From an uncultured Solirubrobacterales bacterium (GTDB lineage: Bacteria > Actinomycetota > Thermoleophilia > Solirubrobacterales > 70-9): 64,000 nt of DNA. How positions within the stretch are numbered: position 1 is the first letter of the stretch; each line of letters opens with the position of its first letter. Positions 17,148 to 25,470 of this stretch are shown here, piece by piece. A model generated the notes under the pieces. The model worked only from the letters and a program-made list of their open reading frames with translations. It was not told the origin of the DNA and searched no databases. The translations under genes were made by a program, and so were the position numbers. The stretch is from assembly GCA_963762325.1 (NCBI GenBank), contig CAVXKQ010000002.1, forward strand, positions 39,979-103,978. Direction: 5' to 3'.

Positions 17148-18232
17148 GCAGGCGCCCGGCGGGGGCGCTTGCGGGCATAGCCATGATCCTTCTCCTCGCG
17201 GCTCCGGCGGCCGCGGAGACACCGCTGCCGGCGTTGCAGCGCGCGGCCTTCGCGGTGCCGCACCCCTCGCCGCCGCTGCGGGACGTCGTCCTCGTGGGTC
17301 CCGGCGCGGCGGGAGCGCGGATTGCCGCCACGGCGGCCAGCGGTCGCTACTCGCTCGAAGACGGCAGCAACGACTCGATCGCCGTCACCGTCAGCGCCGC
17401 CTGCCAGCAGGCGTGCAACGCCGCCGACCCGCAGGCGATCGCCAGCACCATCGCCAGCTTCATTCACGGGCCCGAGGTCAACCTGCTGACCGTCCAGCTC
17501 GACACCCCGTTCGAGCTCGGCTTCGACTGCGGCTTCGATGCCCAGTCCTGTTACTTCAGCGGCGAGAACAAGATCGTCCTCAGCGGCAACGACGATGCGG
17601 GGCCGGATGGCGCCAGCCGCGAGTTCGTGCTCGCTCACGAGTACGGCCATCATGTCGCCCAGCACCGTGCCGTCCCGTCGCCGTTCCCGGCGGCGATCGA
17701 CTGGGGGACGGAGCGCTGGTCGAGCGTCGAGCACGTCTGTCAGGGCCACCGCGCCGGCGCCTACTTCCCCGGCGACGAGGGCTCCCACTACTACGAGGAC
17801 CCCGGCGAGGCGTTCGCCGAGTCCTTCGCCTACAACCGCTTCCCAGAGGCCGCGATGAAGTGGGCCTGGGCGCCGGCGCTGCGACCCAGCGGGAGGTCCC
17901 TCCGCGCCCTCCGCCGCGACACCCTCCAGCCCTGGTTGGGGCGCCACAGCTTCACCGTCTCGGGACGGGTCCCCCGGAGCGGTGCCGTCGTGCAGGAATT
18001 CCGCACACCCTTCGACGGCCAGGTCAGCATCGGCCCGGCAGGGTACCCGCGTCTCGGCTACGAGCTCTCGATCCGCAACCGCTCCGGCAAGACCCTGCGC
18101 TCCTCCCGCGAGGGCGTCTCCTTCCGCCATCGCCTCGACTACACGGTTTGCGGCCAGTCGCGGCTGCGGGTCGCGGTGCTGGCGACGGGCCGGCCGGGCA
18201 AGCGCTTCGAGCTGACGATCCAGCGGCCGTAA
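17144..18232 (+). CDS. secreted putative zinc metalloprotease (HExxH)
   Basis: The TTG start gives the signal peptide RRPAGALAGIAMILLLAAPAAAE. The zinc motif is FVLAHEYGHHV. No closer family recognised. The 556-aa track ORF is an upstream extension. Confidence 0.55.
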   Translation: MSRRPAGALAGIAMILLLAAPAAAETPLPALQRAAFAVPHPSPPLRDVVLVGPGAAGARIAATAASGRYSLEDGSNDSIAVTVSAACQQACNAADPQAIASTIASFIHGPEVNLLTVQLDTPFELGFDCGFDAQSCYFSGENKIVLSGNDDAGPDGASREFVLAHEYGHHVAQHRAVPSPFPAAIDWGTERWSSVEHVCQGHRAGAYFPGDEGSHYYEDPGEAFAESFAYNRFPEAAMKWAWAPALRPSGRSLRALRRDTLQPWLGRHSFTVSGRVPRSGAVVQEFRTPFDGQVSIGPAGYPRLGYELSIRNRSGKTLRSSREGVSFRHRLDYTVCGQSRLRVAVLATGRPGKRFELTIQRP

Positions 18233-18260
18233 ACGCGCCGCGCAGTCGGAGAAGTGTCTT

Positions 18261-19112
18261 TCAGGCGGCGATGCGGGTCTCGAGCCGGCCCAGGGTGGGG
18301 GACTCGACGACGATCTCGTCGCCGTCGGCGAGCCAGACTCGCGGCTCGCGGACGCTGCCGACCCCGTCCGGAGTGCCGGTGGAGACGATGTCGCCCGGCT
18401 CCAGCGTCATCAGCTGCGAGAGGTGGGAGAGCAGGGCGGGGACGCTGAAGATCAGGTCTGCGGTCGAGGCGCCCTGCATCTGCTCGCCGTTCAGGGTCAG
18501 CCGGATCCCGATCGCGTCGTGCGGCCCGGCCTCGTCCGGGGTGACCAGCGCCGGCCCGCAGGGAGCGGAGCCGTCGAAGACCTTGCCGGACATCCACTGC
18601 GGGGTGGAGAACTGCAGGTCGCGGGCTGAGAGGTCGTTGAGCAGGGTGTAGCCGGCGAGGTGATCGAGCGCCTCGTCCTCGCTCACCTCCTTGGCGCGGC
18701 GACCGACGACGAAGGCGACCTCGGCCTCGTAATCGACCTTGCGGCTGTTCGCCGGCAGCCGCACGGCGGCCCCCGGAGCGGCGAGCGCGTTGCGGTACTT
18801 GGCGAAGATCGTCGGGCTCTGCGGCACCTCCATCCCGCCCTCAGCCGCGTGCTTGCCGTAGTTGAGCCCGATGCAGACGATCTTGTCCGGGTCCGGGATC
18901 GGCGGCAGCAGGGTGACGGCGGAGCGCGGGTGCGCCGGCGTCCCGGTGTTGCCGAAGGTCGTCCGCAGGTCGTCGACCCGGCCGTCGGCGATCAGCTCCC
19001 GCAGGCCGCCCCGGTGCGGCTCGCCGAGCGCCGCCCAGGCGTCGACGACCCTGTCGTCCTCGAGCACCCCCGCCCGCGATCCGTCGCCGTTGTCGTAGCT
19101 GACCAGCCTCAT
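18261..19112 (-). CDS. fumarylacetoacetate hydrolase (FAH) family protein
   Basis: KIVCIGLNYGKHAAE, VDYEAEVAFVVGRRAK, GYTLLNDLSARDLQ and PGDIVSTGTPDGVG fit the FAH-family pattern. Confidence 0.85.
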   Translation of the reverse strand: MRLVSYDNGDGSRAGVLEDDRVVDAWAALGEPHRGGLRELIADGRVDDLRTTFGNTGTPAHPRSAVTLLPPIPDPDKIVCIGLNYGKHAAEGGMEVPQSPTIFAKYRNALAAPGAAVRLPANSRKVDYEAEVAFVVGRRAKEVSEDEALDHLAGYTLLNDLSARDLQFSTPQWMSGKVFDGSAPCGPALVTPDEAGPHDAIGIRLTLNGEQMQGASTADLIFSVPALLSHLSQLMTLEPGDIVSTGTPDGVGSVREPRVWLADGDEIVVESPTLGRLETRIAA

Positions 19113-19243
19113 GGCGGGCAGCCTAGATCACGCCGGCGAGCGGATCGCGGGCGGGGAAGACGTCAGGCTCCGGCGGGCCAGTGCCTGGCATCCGCTAGCT
19201 TTGCGGCCGGGCCGCAATCCCAACGGCCCGATCGAAGTCTCTC

Positions 19244-19317
<74 letters not shown>

Positions 19318-19339
19318 CTTCTCGGAGTTGGCGGGCTTA

Positions 19340-19360
19340 TTCGATATAGCTATGTAGAAT
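19340..19360 (+). promoter_or_regulatory. AT-rich palindrome plus -10-like TAGAAT upstream of padR (candidate operator / leaderless promoter)
   Basis: TTCGATATAGCTATGTAGAA is 16/20 self-complementary with a perfect ATAGCTAT core. TAGAAT ends 7 nt before the ATG at 19368. Confidence 0.45.
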
Positions 19361-19367
19361 AGGGCGC

Positions 19368-19703
19368 ATGCCGCAGCGGATGACCAAGCAGACGGTCCGC
19401 GTGCTGGAAGCCCTGCTGAGCGATCCGGGACGGGATTGGTACGGCCTGGAGCTGATGGATCGCGCGGAGTTGCGCAGCGGCACCGCCTATCCGCTCCTGC
19501 ACCGGCTTCAGGCTGACGGTTGGCTCAGCTCCGCTCGTGAGCAGATCGATCCTCGCGAGGAGGGCCGCCCCCGGCGCCGGCTCTATCGGCTGACGGCCGT
19601 GGGGGAGAGAGCGGCCCGCGAGGCCCTCGCTCACCGGCGGTTCTCGCCTGCTCCGGCGGCGGACCCGGGACCGTCGCTGCGTCCACGGAGCGCGTCGCTG
19701 TGA
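19368..19703 (+). CDS. PadR-family transcriptional regulator
   Basis: VRVLEALLSDPGRDWYGLELMDRAELRSGTAYPLLHRLQADGWL...RRRLYRLTAVG is a PadR winged helix. Confidence 0.8.
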   Translation: MPQRMTKQTVRVLEALLSDPGRDWYGLELMDRAELRSGTAYPLLHRLQADGWLSSAREQIDPREEGRPRRRLYRLTAVGERAAREALAHRRFSPAPAADPGPSLRPRSASL

Positions 19704-19966
19704 GCCTCACTCTGGTTGCCGCCGCGCTGGCTGTTCTCTGGTTGGCCAAGCAGGTGGTCGGCATGCTGATCAGCCAGCAGGTCAAGGGTTCGATTCCCGA
19801 CTACGCGGCCCGTCGGGCCCGGGCCGCCGCTCGACTCCTCCCCGAGGAGGTCGCCGCCGACTACGAGCAGGACTGGTTCGCGGAGCTCGGGGCGCTGGAC
19901 GGCAAACCGCTCAGCGCGATCCGCTATGCGCACGCCTGCCCAGGGCCGCCCGCGCGATCGCCCTGA
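19700..19966 (+). CDS. small membrane protein downstream of PadR (hypothetical)
   Basis: Its GTG overlaps the padR stop (GTGA). N-terminal helix LTLVAAALAVLWLAKQVVGMLI. Confidence 0.45.
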   Translation: MSLTLVAAALAVLWLAKQVVGMLISQQVKGSIPDYAARRARAAARLLPEEVAADYEQDWFAELGALDGKPLSAIRYAHACPGPPARSP

Positions 19967-20007
19967 CCGTCACCGGTAAAGCCGTCCAAGCGCCGGGGTG
20001 GCGCATC

Positions 20008-20511
20008 GTGAACCGGGCCTTGGACGTGAACATGAGCATCTTCCTGCTGGCCTTCCTGATCCCGCTGATCGCCGTCATCGGCGTGACGGTGAAGCTGGAC
20101 AGCCGGGGCCCTCTCATGATCCGCCGTCCGCGGCTGGGCAAGGACGGCAAGCCGTTCGGTCTGATCGGCTTCAGGACGATTGCCGTGTGCTCCCAGGGCC
20201 GCGTTTACCGCAGCAGGGTCGGCACTTTCCTCGAACGCAGCTCCCTCGTCATGCTGCCTGCGCTGGTCAACCTCCTCCGCGGCGACATCTCGATGATCGG
20301 CCCTCCAGCCCAGTGGCCGGGAATCGATACCGATCCGCCGCTCGAGGTTCGCCCGGGCCTGGCGTCGTGGGAGGCACTGGTCGAGATGGGAGGCGCCAGC
20401 CTCAGCCTCAGCCTCGACGAGGCACGGCGCCGCGATCGTCAACGCACCCTCGGGACCGATGCCGCCCTCATCGCCCACCAGCTGCTGCTCGTCGTCCGCG
20501 GTACTCGGTGA
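20008..20511 (+). CDS. degenerate bacterial sugar transferase (phosphoglycosyl-transferase-like) domain protein
   Basis: RALDVNMSIFLLAFLIPLIAVIGVTVKLDSRGPLMIRRPRLGKDGKPFGLIGFRT...LVNLLRGDISMIGP matches the family scaffold. However, the DELPQ motif reads VMLPA and PRP reads PPA. Confidence 0.6.
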   Translation: MNRALDVNMSIFLLAFLIPLIAVIGVTVKLDSRGPLMIRRPRLGKDGKPFGLIGFRTIAVCSQGRVYRSRVGTFLERSSLVMLPALVNLLRGDISMIGPPAQWPGIDTDPPLEVRPGLASWEALVEMGGASLSLSLDEARRRDRQRTLGTDAALIAHQLLLVVRGTR

Positions 20512-20536
20512 GGCGCGGACGCGACGCCCGTCGCCG

Positions 20537-20920
20537 TCAGGTCCGCGGCGCGTAGCGGTTGTGGAACATCAGGGCGTTGCCGTCGGGGTCGGTGAAGAAG
20601 GCCATATGGCAGACCCCGCTGTCCATCGTCTCGGCGAGGAACTCGACGCCTTTGGACTCGAGCTCGGCGCGGGCCGCTTCGACGTCCTCGACGTGAAGGG
20701 CGATCGGGTGGCCGCTGGGCTCGAACTCGCGGCCGACCGCGGCAGCGTCCATGACTTGGAGGGTGAGGCTGCCGGTCTCGAACTCGCCGGCGGGGATTTT
20801 CTCGTAGTCGACCGAGTGCTCGAGGCCCAGGACCTCGCCGTAGAACTTAAGCGCGGCGGGATAGTCCTTGACGAAGACGGTGATGAAGTCGACGCCGGTG
20901 ACGGTGGTCGGTGAGGTCAT
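20537..20920 (-). CDS. VOC family protein
   Basis: GVDFITVFVKDYPAALKFYGEVLGLE...HMAFFTDPDGNALMFH fits the VOC pattern. Confidence 0.8.
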   Translation of the reverse strand: MTSPTTVTGVDFITVFVKDYPAALKFYGEVLGLEHSVDYEKIPAGEFETGSLTLQVMDAAAVGREFEPSGHPIALHVEDVEAARAELESKGVEFLAETMDSGVCHMAFFTDPDGNALMFHNRYAPRT

Positions 20921-21023
20921 GGCTGGCTCCTGGCTCCTGGCTCGGGCTGGTCGAAGGGCTCACGAATGTACGGGCTCGCGGCTACGATTGCCAGCGATGC
21001 CCGGTCGCGGCAGCGGCCCGCGA

Positions 21024-21827
21024 CTAGGAGGCCGCGCGGGCGATGTAGACGGCCTTGCTGTGGACCTCATCGCGCAGCGGCTGCTTCAGGACCGCGTCGT
21101 GGCCGTGACCGAAGACCTCGAGGCACTCGAGGCCGGCGGCCTCGAGCTTCTCCAGCACCTCCGCTTCGGGGAAGTGGCGCTCGCGGTGCATCTCCGGCGC
21201 GATGCTCGGCCCGTCCTCGCCCTCGAGCGGCAGCACTTCGAAGCTGGCTTCGGCGATCGACCCGGGCGGGGCGTCCGGACTGGCGCGGCCCTTCCAGACC
21301 AGCCGTCTGCCGCCCTTCTCGACCACGACTTCTTCGGCGAAAAAGGTGCGGTAGGACTGCAGCGCGTTGACGTCGAACATCAGCAGCCCGCCGGGAGCGA
21401 GGTTGCGCCTCATCCCGCTCAGCGCCAACTCCAGTTCCTCGCCGCTGAGCAGGTAGTTGACTGCGTCGTCGAGGCACCAGACGAGGTCGAACCGGCCGAA
21501 GCTGGGGAGGTCGCGCATGTCGGCGACGGAGAGGGCGACCTCGTCGCCCACCTTCCCCCTCGCCAACTCGACCATCGCCGGGGAGATGTCGCAGGCGGTC
21601 ACCTTCCAGTCGCGTGCCAGCATCGGCAGGAAGCTCTTGCCGGTCCCGCAGCCGACGTCGAGCAGGCGGTCTCCCCGCAGCCCGTGGCGTTCCAGCTCGG
21701 GCAGCAGCTTCCCCAGCCAGAGCTCGTAGTCGTGATGGGCCGTGAAGTCGTCGTAGACGGGGGCGATCGCCTCATAGGCAATCTCCGCGTCACGCGAGAG
21801 TCCCTCCCCTACGGTTTTTGCCTCCAC
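21024..21827 (-). CDS. class I SAM-dependent methyltransferase
   Basis: Motif I is RLLDVGCGTGKSFLPM, with FDLVWCLDDAVNYL downstream. Confidence 0.8.
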   Translation of the reverse strand: MEAKTVGEGLSRDAEIAYEAIAPVYDDFTAHHDYELWLGKLLPELERHGLRGDRLLDVGCGTGKSFLPMLARDWKVTACDISPAMVELARGKVGDEVALSVADMRDLPSFGRFDLVWCLDDAVNYLLSGEELELALSGMRRNLAPGGLLMFDVNALQSYRTFFAEEVVVEKGGRRLVWKGRASPDAPPGSIAEASFEVLPLEGEDGPSIAPEMHRERHFPEAEVLEKLEAAGLECLEVFGHGHDAVLKQPLRDEVHSKAVYIARAAS

Positions 21828-21906
21828 GAAAAGCAGACCTCAGCTTCGCTCAGAAGAGTTTCAACGCTTAAGTTCACTCGTTCGGTTACCAGTTATGTAA
21901 GTTCGT

Positions 21907-22410
21907 TTGATCAGCACTCCGAACGGGCATCGGGTCGGCACCGACGATGGCTGGGAGTGGGGTGAGGCGCATAGGGTCTGTCTTCGCTTGGCGTATCGCT
22001 ACGCGAGCAATCCGAGCGAGGCGGAGGACATAGCCCAGGACGCCTTGCTTCGCGCCTGGCGTCGTCGCTCGACCCTGCGCGAGGCCGACCGGCGCAACCA
22101 GTGGCTGGCGACGATCGTCCGCAACGAGGCCTTTCGCCAGCACGCTCGCATCCGGCCCGACCCGACATCGACAATCGAGACACAGGAGGGAGTCGAGGAC
22201 GCCCAGGTCATCGCCACCGTGGAGCGAGCTGACCTGCACGCGGCGCTGGAGCGCCTCAGCGACAGGGAGCGCAAGTTGCTCGAGCTGCGCTATGGCGAGG
22301 ACATGACCCAGTCGGCGATCGCCCGGCGCCTCGGCATCCCCGAAGGAACCGTCAAGGTCCGCCTGCACCGGGCTCGCGACAAACTGCGCCGCGCCTTCGT
22401 GCTTCAGTGA
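21907..22410 (+). CDS. ECF-type RNA polymerase sigma-70 factor
   Basis: Region 2 is AEDIAQDALLRAWRR. Region 4 is LSDRERKLLELRYGEDMTQSAIARRLGIPEGTVKVRLHRARDKLR. TTG start. No adjacent anti-sigma gene recognised. Confidence 0.75.
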   Translation: MISTPNGHRVGTDDGWEWGEAHRVCLRLAYRYASNPSEAEDIAQDALLRAWRRRSTLREADRRNQWLATIVRNEAFRQHARIRPDPTSTIETQEGVEDAQVIATVERADLHAALERLSDRERKLLELRYGEDMTQSAIARRLGIPEGTVKVRLHRARDKLRRAFVLQ

Positions 22411-23060
22411 GCGCCGGCGGCCACGCGCCGCATCTCGGCGGCCGCGGCCTGGGGCCCGACGTAGGGGACAAGCATCGCGAACAGCAGGTCGGGCAGGCGC
22501 GCCGGCAGCTGGTCGGCACGGCCGGCCAGCAGCTCGTCGAAGATCAACCCGGACACCGCCCCCGCCGACATCAGCGAGATGTTCTCCGGCAGCTCCTTGT
22601 CGCCGGCCAGCTCGCGGCCGGCATCGAGGTACTCGGTGAAGCGGGCAATCGCGTTCCAGTGCAGCCGGCGGGCGTCGGCGCCAGCGGCGGCGACCTCGAC
22701 GACCGCGGTCCGGGCCAGCGCCGGGTCGACGGCGAAGCGGTCGACGATCGTCGCCAGGCCGTCGGTCATCCGTGACACCCAGGGCGCTTCGCGGTCGCAC
22801 TGGGCGACGACCTCGGCGAAGACCTGTTCGACCAGCATCTCGTAGGCGGCGAGGAAGCAGTCGTGCTTGTCCTCGAAGTGTTTGTAGAAGGTGGTGCGGG
22901 AGGTGCCGGCCTCCTCGATCACGTCGGCGACGGCGGTCTCGCGGTAGCCCTTGTCGCCGACCACGCGGATCATTGCCGCCAGAAGGAGTTGACGCCGCGA
23001 TTCGGAGGCTGCCATCGGCCCGCTTTCGAGGGAGGCTGAACTACCGGATACATTGATCAT
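22404..23060 (-). CDS. TetR-family regulator, paralog 1
   Basis: HTH GYRETAVADVIEEAGTSRTTFYKHFEDKHDCFLAAYE. The C-terminal LFAMLVPYVGPQAAAAEM is shared with paralogs 2 and 3. Confidence 0.8.
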   Translation of the reverse strand: MINVSGSSASLESGPMAASESRRQLLLAAMIRVVGDKGYRETAVADVIEEAGTSRTTFYKHFEDKHDCFLAAYEMLVEQVFAEVVAQCDREAPWVSRMTDGLATIVDRFAVDPALARTAVVEVAAAGADARRLHWNAIARFTEYLDAGRELAGDKELPENISLMSAGAVSGLIFDELLAGRADQLPARLPDLLFAMLVPYVGPQAAAAEMRRVAAGAH

Positions 23061-23069
23061 AGCGGCGTC

Positions 23070-23090
23070 GTGTACGAAGGTGTTTACCTA
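23070..23090 (-). promoter_or_regulatory. 21-bp motif GTGTAC-N6-GTTTACCTA (candidate TetR operator), copy 1
   Basis: It sits in the 23-bp gap upstream of the TetR-1 start (23060). The same 15 fixed bases recur at 24524..24544 on the other strand. Confidence 0.45.
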
Positions 23091-23755
23091 GTTTCTTCGC
23101 CCACCTCCCTCGCTGCCGCATCCGGGCCGAGATACGGCACTAGCGTGGCAAAAAGCAGGTCCGAAAGCAAACCGGGAAGTTGTTCCGATCGGTCCGCGAC
23201 GAGCTCGTCGGCGATCAGCCCGACCACCGCTCCGGCGGCCATCCGCGAGACGTTTGCCGGCAGCGCCCGGCCGCCCGGAGCGAAGTCGCGGCCCTCGTCG
23301 AAGAACGGGGTCAGGCGCTGCACCGCGGCGCGGAAGCGCCGCTGGGCCGCCGGCCCGGCCGCGGCGACGTCGACGAGGGCGAGCCGCGCCTGCGCCGGCT
23401 CCGCCGCCAGCGCCTCGAGCAGGGTCGCCAGGCCGGCCCGGGCCCGGTCGGGCCAGCGGTCCTCGCCCTCGTAAGCGCTCGAGATCCGCCGCACCAGGAG
23501 GTCGACGGCGTTGTCGTAGGCCGCCAGGAAGCAGGCTTCCTTGTCGTCGAAGAGCGCGTAGAAGGTGGTGCGGGAGACCCCCGCCTCCTTGGTCAGGTCG
23601 GCGACGGTCGTGGCCGCGTAGCCCTTGGCGGCGACGACCCGCATCGTCGCCTCGAGCAGGCGGTCCCGCTGCGAGCGGGCAACGACCTCGGGCGGCAGGC
23701 CGTGGCGCCCGCGCGGGGGCCGCCAGCGCTCGGCCTGCCTGGGGGCCTGGGGCAC
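23084..23755 (-). CDS. TetR-family regulator, paralog 2
   Basis: HTH GYAATTVADLTKEAGVSRTTFYALFDDKEACFLAAYD. C-terminus LFATLVPYLGPDAAAREV. Confidence 0.8.
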   Translation of the reverse strand: MPQAPRQAERWRPPRGRHGLPPEVVARSQRDRLLEATMRVVAAKGYAATTVADLTKEAGVSRTTFYALFDDKEACFLAAYDNAVDLLVRRISSAYEGEDRWPDRARAGLATLLEALAAEPAQARLALVDVAAAGPAAQRRFRAAVQRLTPFFDEGRDFAPGGRALPANVSRMAAGAVVGLIADELVADRSEQLPGLLSDLLFATLVPYLGPDAAAREVGEETR

Positions 23756-23758
23756 GGC

Positions 23759-24556
23759 TCAGCCCGTCTGGGGGCGGAGGGACCTCTCCGCTTCGCGGGA
23801 TTGGCGCAGCGCCTCGTCCTGGCCGAGGTAGGGGATGGTGACGATGTAGACGATGTCCGGCAGCAGTTCCGGCAGCCGCTCGGTGTTGCCGGCGAGGATC
23901 TGGCCGACGATCAGCGACTCGGCGGCGGCGAGGGCTCCCCGGCCGGCGCTGGAGGGGATCGCCTGCTCCTCGATCGGGTCGCCGCGGCCGCGGTCGAGCA
24001 GGGCCTGCAGCACCCGCTTGCCGGAGGCGTACATCTCGAAGGAGCGCCCGCCCGCCGCCGGCGCCTCGATCAGCGCCATACGGGCGAAGTCGGGGCGGTT
24101 CGCCAGCAGGTCGAGGAAGGTGGCGGCGGCGTCGCGGACCATCGTCGCCCAGGGCTTGTCCGGCGAGTAGACCTCGACGATCCGTCCCATCGCGTCCGCC
24201 AGCGAGAGCTCCATGCTCGCCTGCAGGCAGTCCTCCTTGTCCTTGAAGAGCTCGTAGAAGGTGGCCCGGGAGACGCCGGCGGGCTCGACGATGTCGGCGA
24301 TCGTCGTCGCTCCGTAGCCCTTCGCCGCGCAGGCCTCGGCCATCGCGGTGAGGATCCGTTCGCGCTGGGAGTGGGCGACGAGCGGCTCGGGCAGATCGCT
24401 CCGCCCTGCCGGCAGCCGTTCCTTCGCGATCAGCCCGCCGATGTCGTCCGGCTCGGCGTTGGGCCTGGTCCCGTTATGAGAGGCGGTGGGCGGCAATTCG
24501 GGTTCCTCGCAGACAGCCGTGTTTAGGTAAACGCGATTGTACACCCCCAGCAGCAC
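23759..24556 (-). CDS. TetR-family regulator, paralog 3 (start uncertain: GTG 24556 or TTG 24496)
   Basis: HTH GYGATTIADIVEPAGVSRATFYELFKDKEDCLQASME. C-terminus VYIVTIPYLGQDEALRQS. Its stop lies 3 nt upstream of the paralog-2 start. Confidence 0.7.
   Translation of the reverse strand: MLLGVYNRVYLNTAVCEEPELPPTASHNGTRPNAEPDDIGGLIAKERLPAGRSDLPEPLVAHSQRERILTAMAEACAAKGYGATTIADIVEPAGVSRATFYELFKDKEDCLQASMELSLADAMGRIVEVYSPDKPWATMVRDAAATFLDLLANRPDFARMALIEAPAAGGRSFEMYASGKRVLQALLDRGRGDPIEEQAIPSSAGRGALAAAESLIVGQILAGNTERLPELLPDIVYIVTIPYLGQDEALRQSREAERSLRPQTG
24524..24544 (+). promoter_or_regulatory. 21-bp motif TAGGTAAAC-N6-GTACAC (candidate TetR operator), copy 2
   Basis: It is the reverse complement of the 23070..23090 motif. 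It lies 28 nt upstream of the alternative TTG start of TetR-3 and 159 nt upstream of the divergent S51 peptidase gene. Confidence 0.45.
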
Positions 24557-24702
24557 TCTGTGGACGAATCAGTACCGAATTAACTTTCTTGCGGCTAATT
24601 GGGAACTCGCCTGGGATGCCTGTACACGCGGGCGAGCGCGATACCCAGAACTTCGGACCGCTGTACAACGGGCCCGATCCGATTGCCGTCGACCATTTAC
24701 CG

Positions 24703-25470
24703 ATGGAGACCGCATCCCGCCAGATCGTGGCCTTCGGTGGCGGTGGCTTCTCGATGGAGTCCGGAAACCCGCTGCTCGACGACTACGTGCTGGGCCTGAC
24801 CAGGGCCGAGCGCCCGCGGGTCTGTTTCCTCCCCTCCGCCAGCGGCGACGCCGACCACTACATCGTCCGCTTCTACCGGGCCTTCTCCGCCCATCGCTGC
24901 GAGGCCAGTCACATCTCCCTCTTCCGCCGCGAGCGGGGGCCCGAGGACCTGCGCCGCCACCTGCTCTCCCAGGATCTGATTTACGTCGGCGGCGGCAGCG
25001 TCGTCAGCCTGCTCGGGGTCTGGCGAGCGCACGGGGTCGACGCGATCCTGCGCGAGGCCTGGGAGGCCGGCATCGTCCTCTGCGGCCTCTCGGCCGGATC
25101 GTTGTGCTGGTTCGCCGAGGCGGTCACCGGCTTCCACGGGGCACCACAGCGGCTCGAGGGCATGGGCCTGCTGCCGTTCAGCAACTGCGTCCACTACGAG
25201 CCGGGGTCGAAGCGGCGCGAGTCCTACCACGGCTTCCTGCGCGAGGGGATGCGGGCCGGCTACGCGGCCGAGGACGGCGCCGCCCTGCACTTCACCGGCA
25301 CCGAACTGAGCCGGGTGGTCGCCTCGCGGCCGCAGGCCCGCGGCTACCGACTCGACGTCTCCGGGCAGCGCGTGGTCGAGATGCGGATCGCCACCACCTA
25401 CCTCGGCGAACGCGGAATGGTCCCGTCCCCACCGATACCGGAGGCGCTCTCCACCGCGGTCGCCGCCTGA
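24703..25470 (+). CDS. peptidase S51 (peptidase E / type-1 glutamine-amidotransferase-like) protein, copy 1
   Basis: RQIVAFGGGGFS...VCFLPSASGD...DLIYVGGGSVVSLLGVW...GLSAGSLCWF contains the S51 Ser motif SAG. Confidence 0.75.
   Translation: METASRQIVAFGGGGFSMESGNPLLDDYVLGLTRAERPRVCFLPSASGDADHYIVRFYRAFSAHRCEASHISLFRRERGPEDLRRHLLSQDLIYVGGGSVVSLLGVWRAHGVDAILREAWEAGIVLCGLSAGSLCWFAEAVTGFHGAPQRLEGMGLLPFSNCVHYEPGSKRRESYHGFLREGMRAGYAAEDGAALHFTGTELSRVVASRPQARGYRLDVSGQRVVEMRIATTYLGERGMVPSPPIPEALSTAVAA

Noticed and set aside
21828-21906. An ECF-type autoregulated promoter and an adjacent anti-sigma factor for the sigma gene at 21907.
   Set aside because: The AT-rich spacer has AAC/CGTT-like fragments, but the spacing does not fit a GGAAC-N16-17-CGTT pattern convincingly. 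The downstream gene is a convergent TetR, not an anti-sigma factor.
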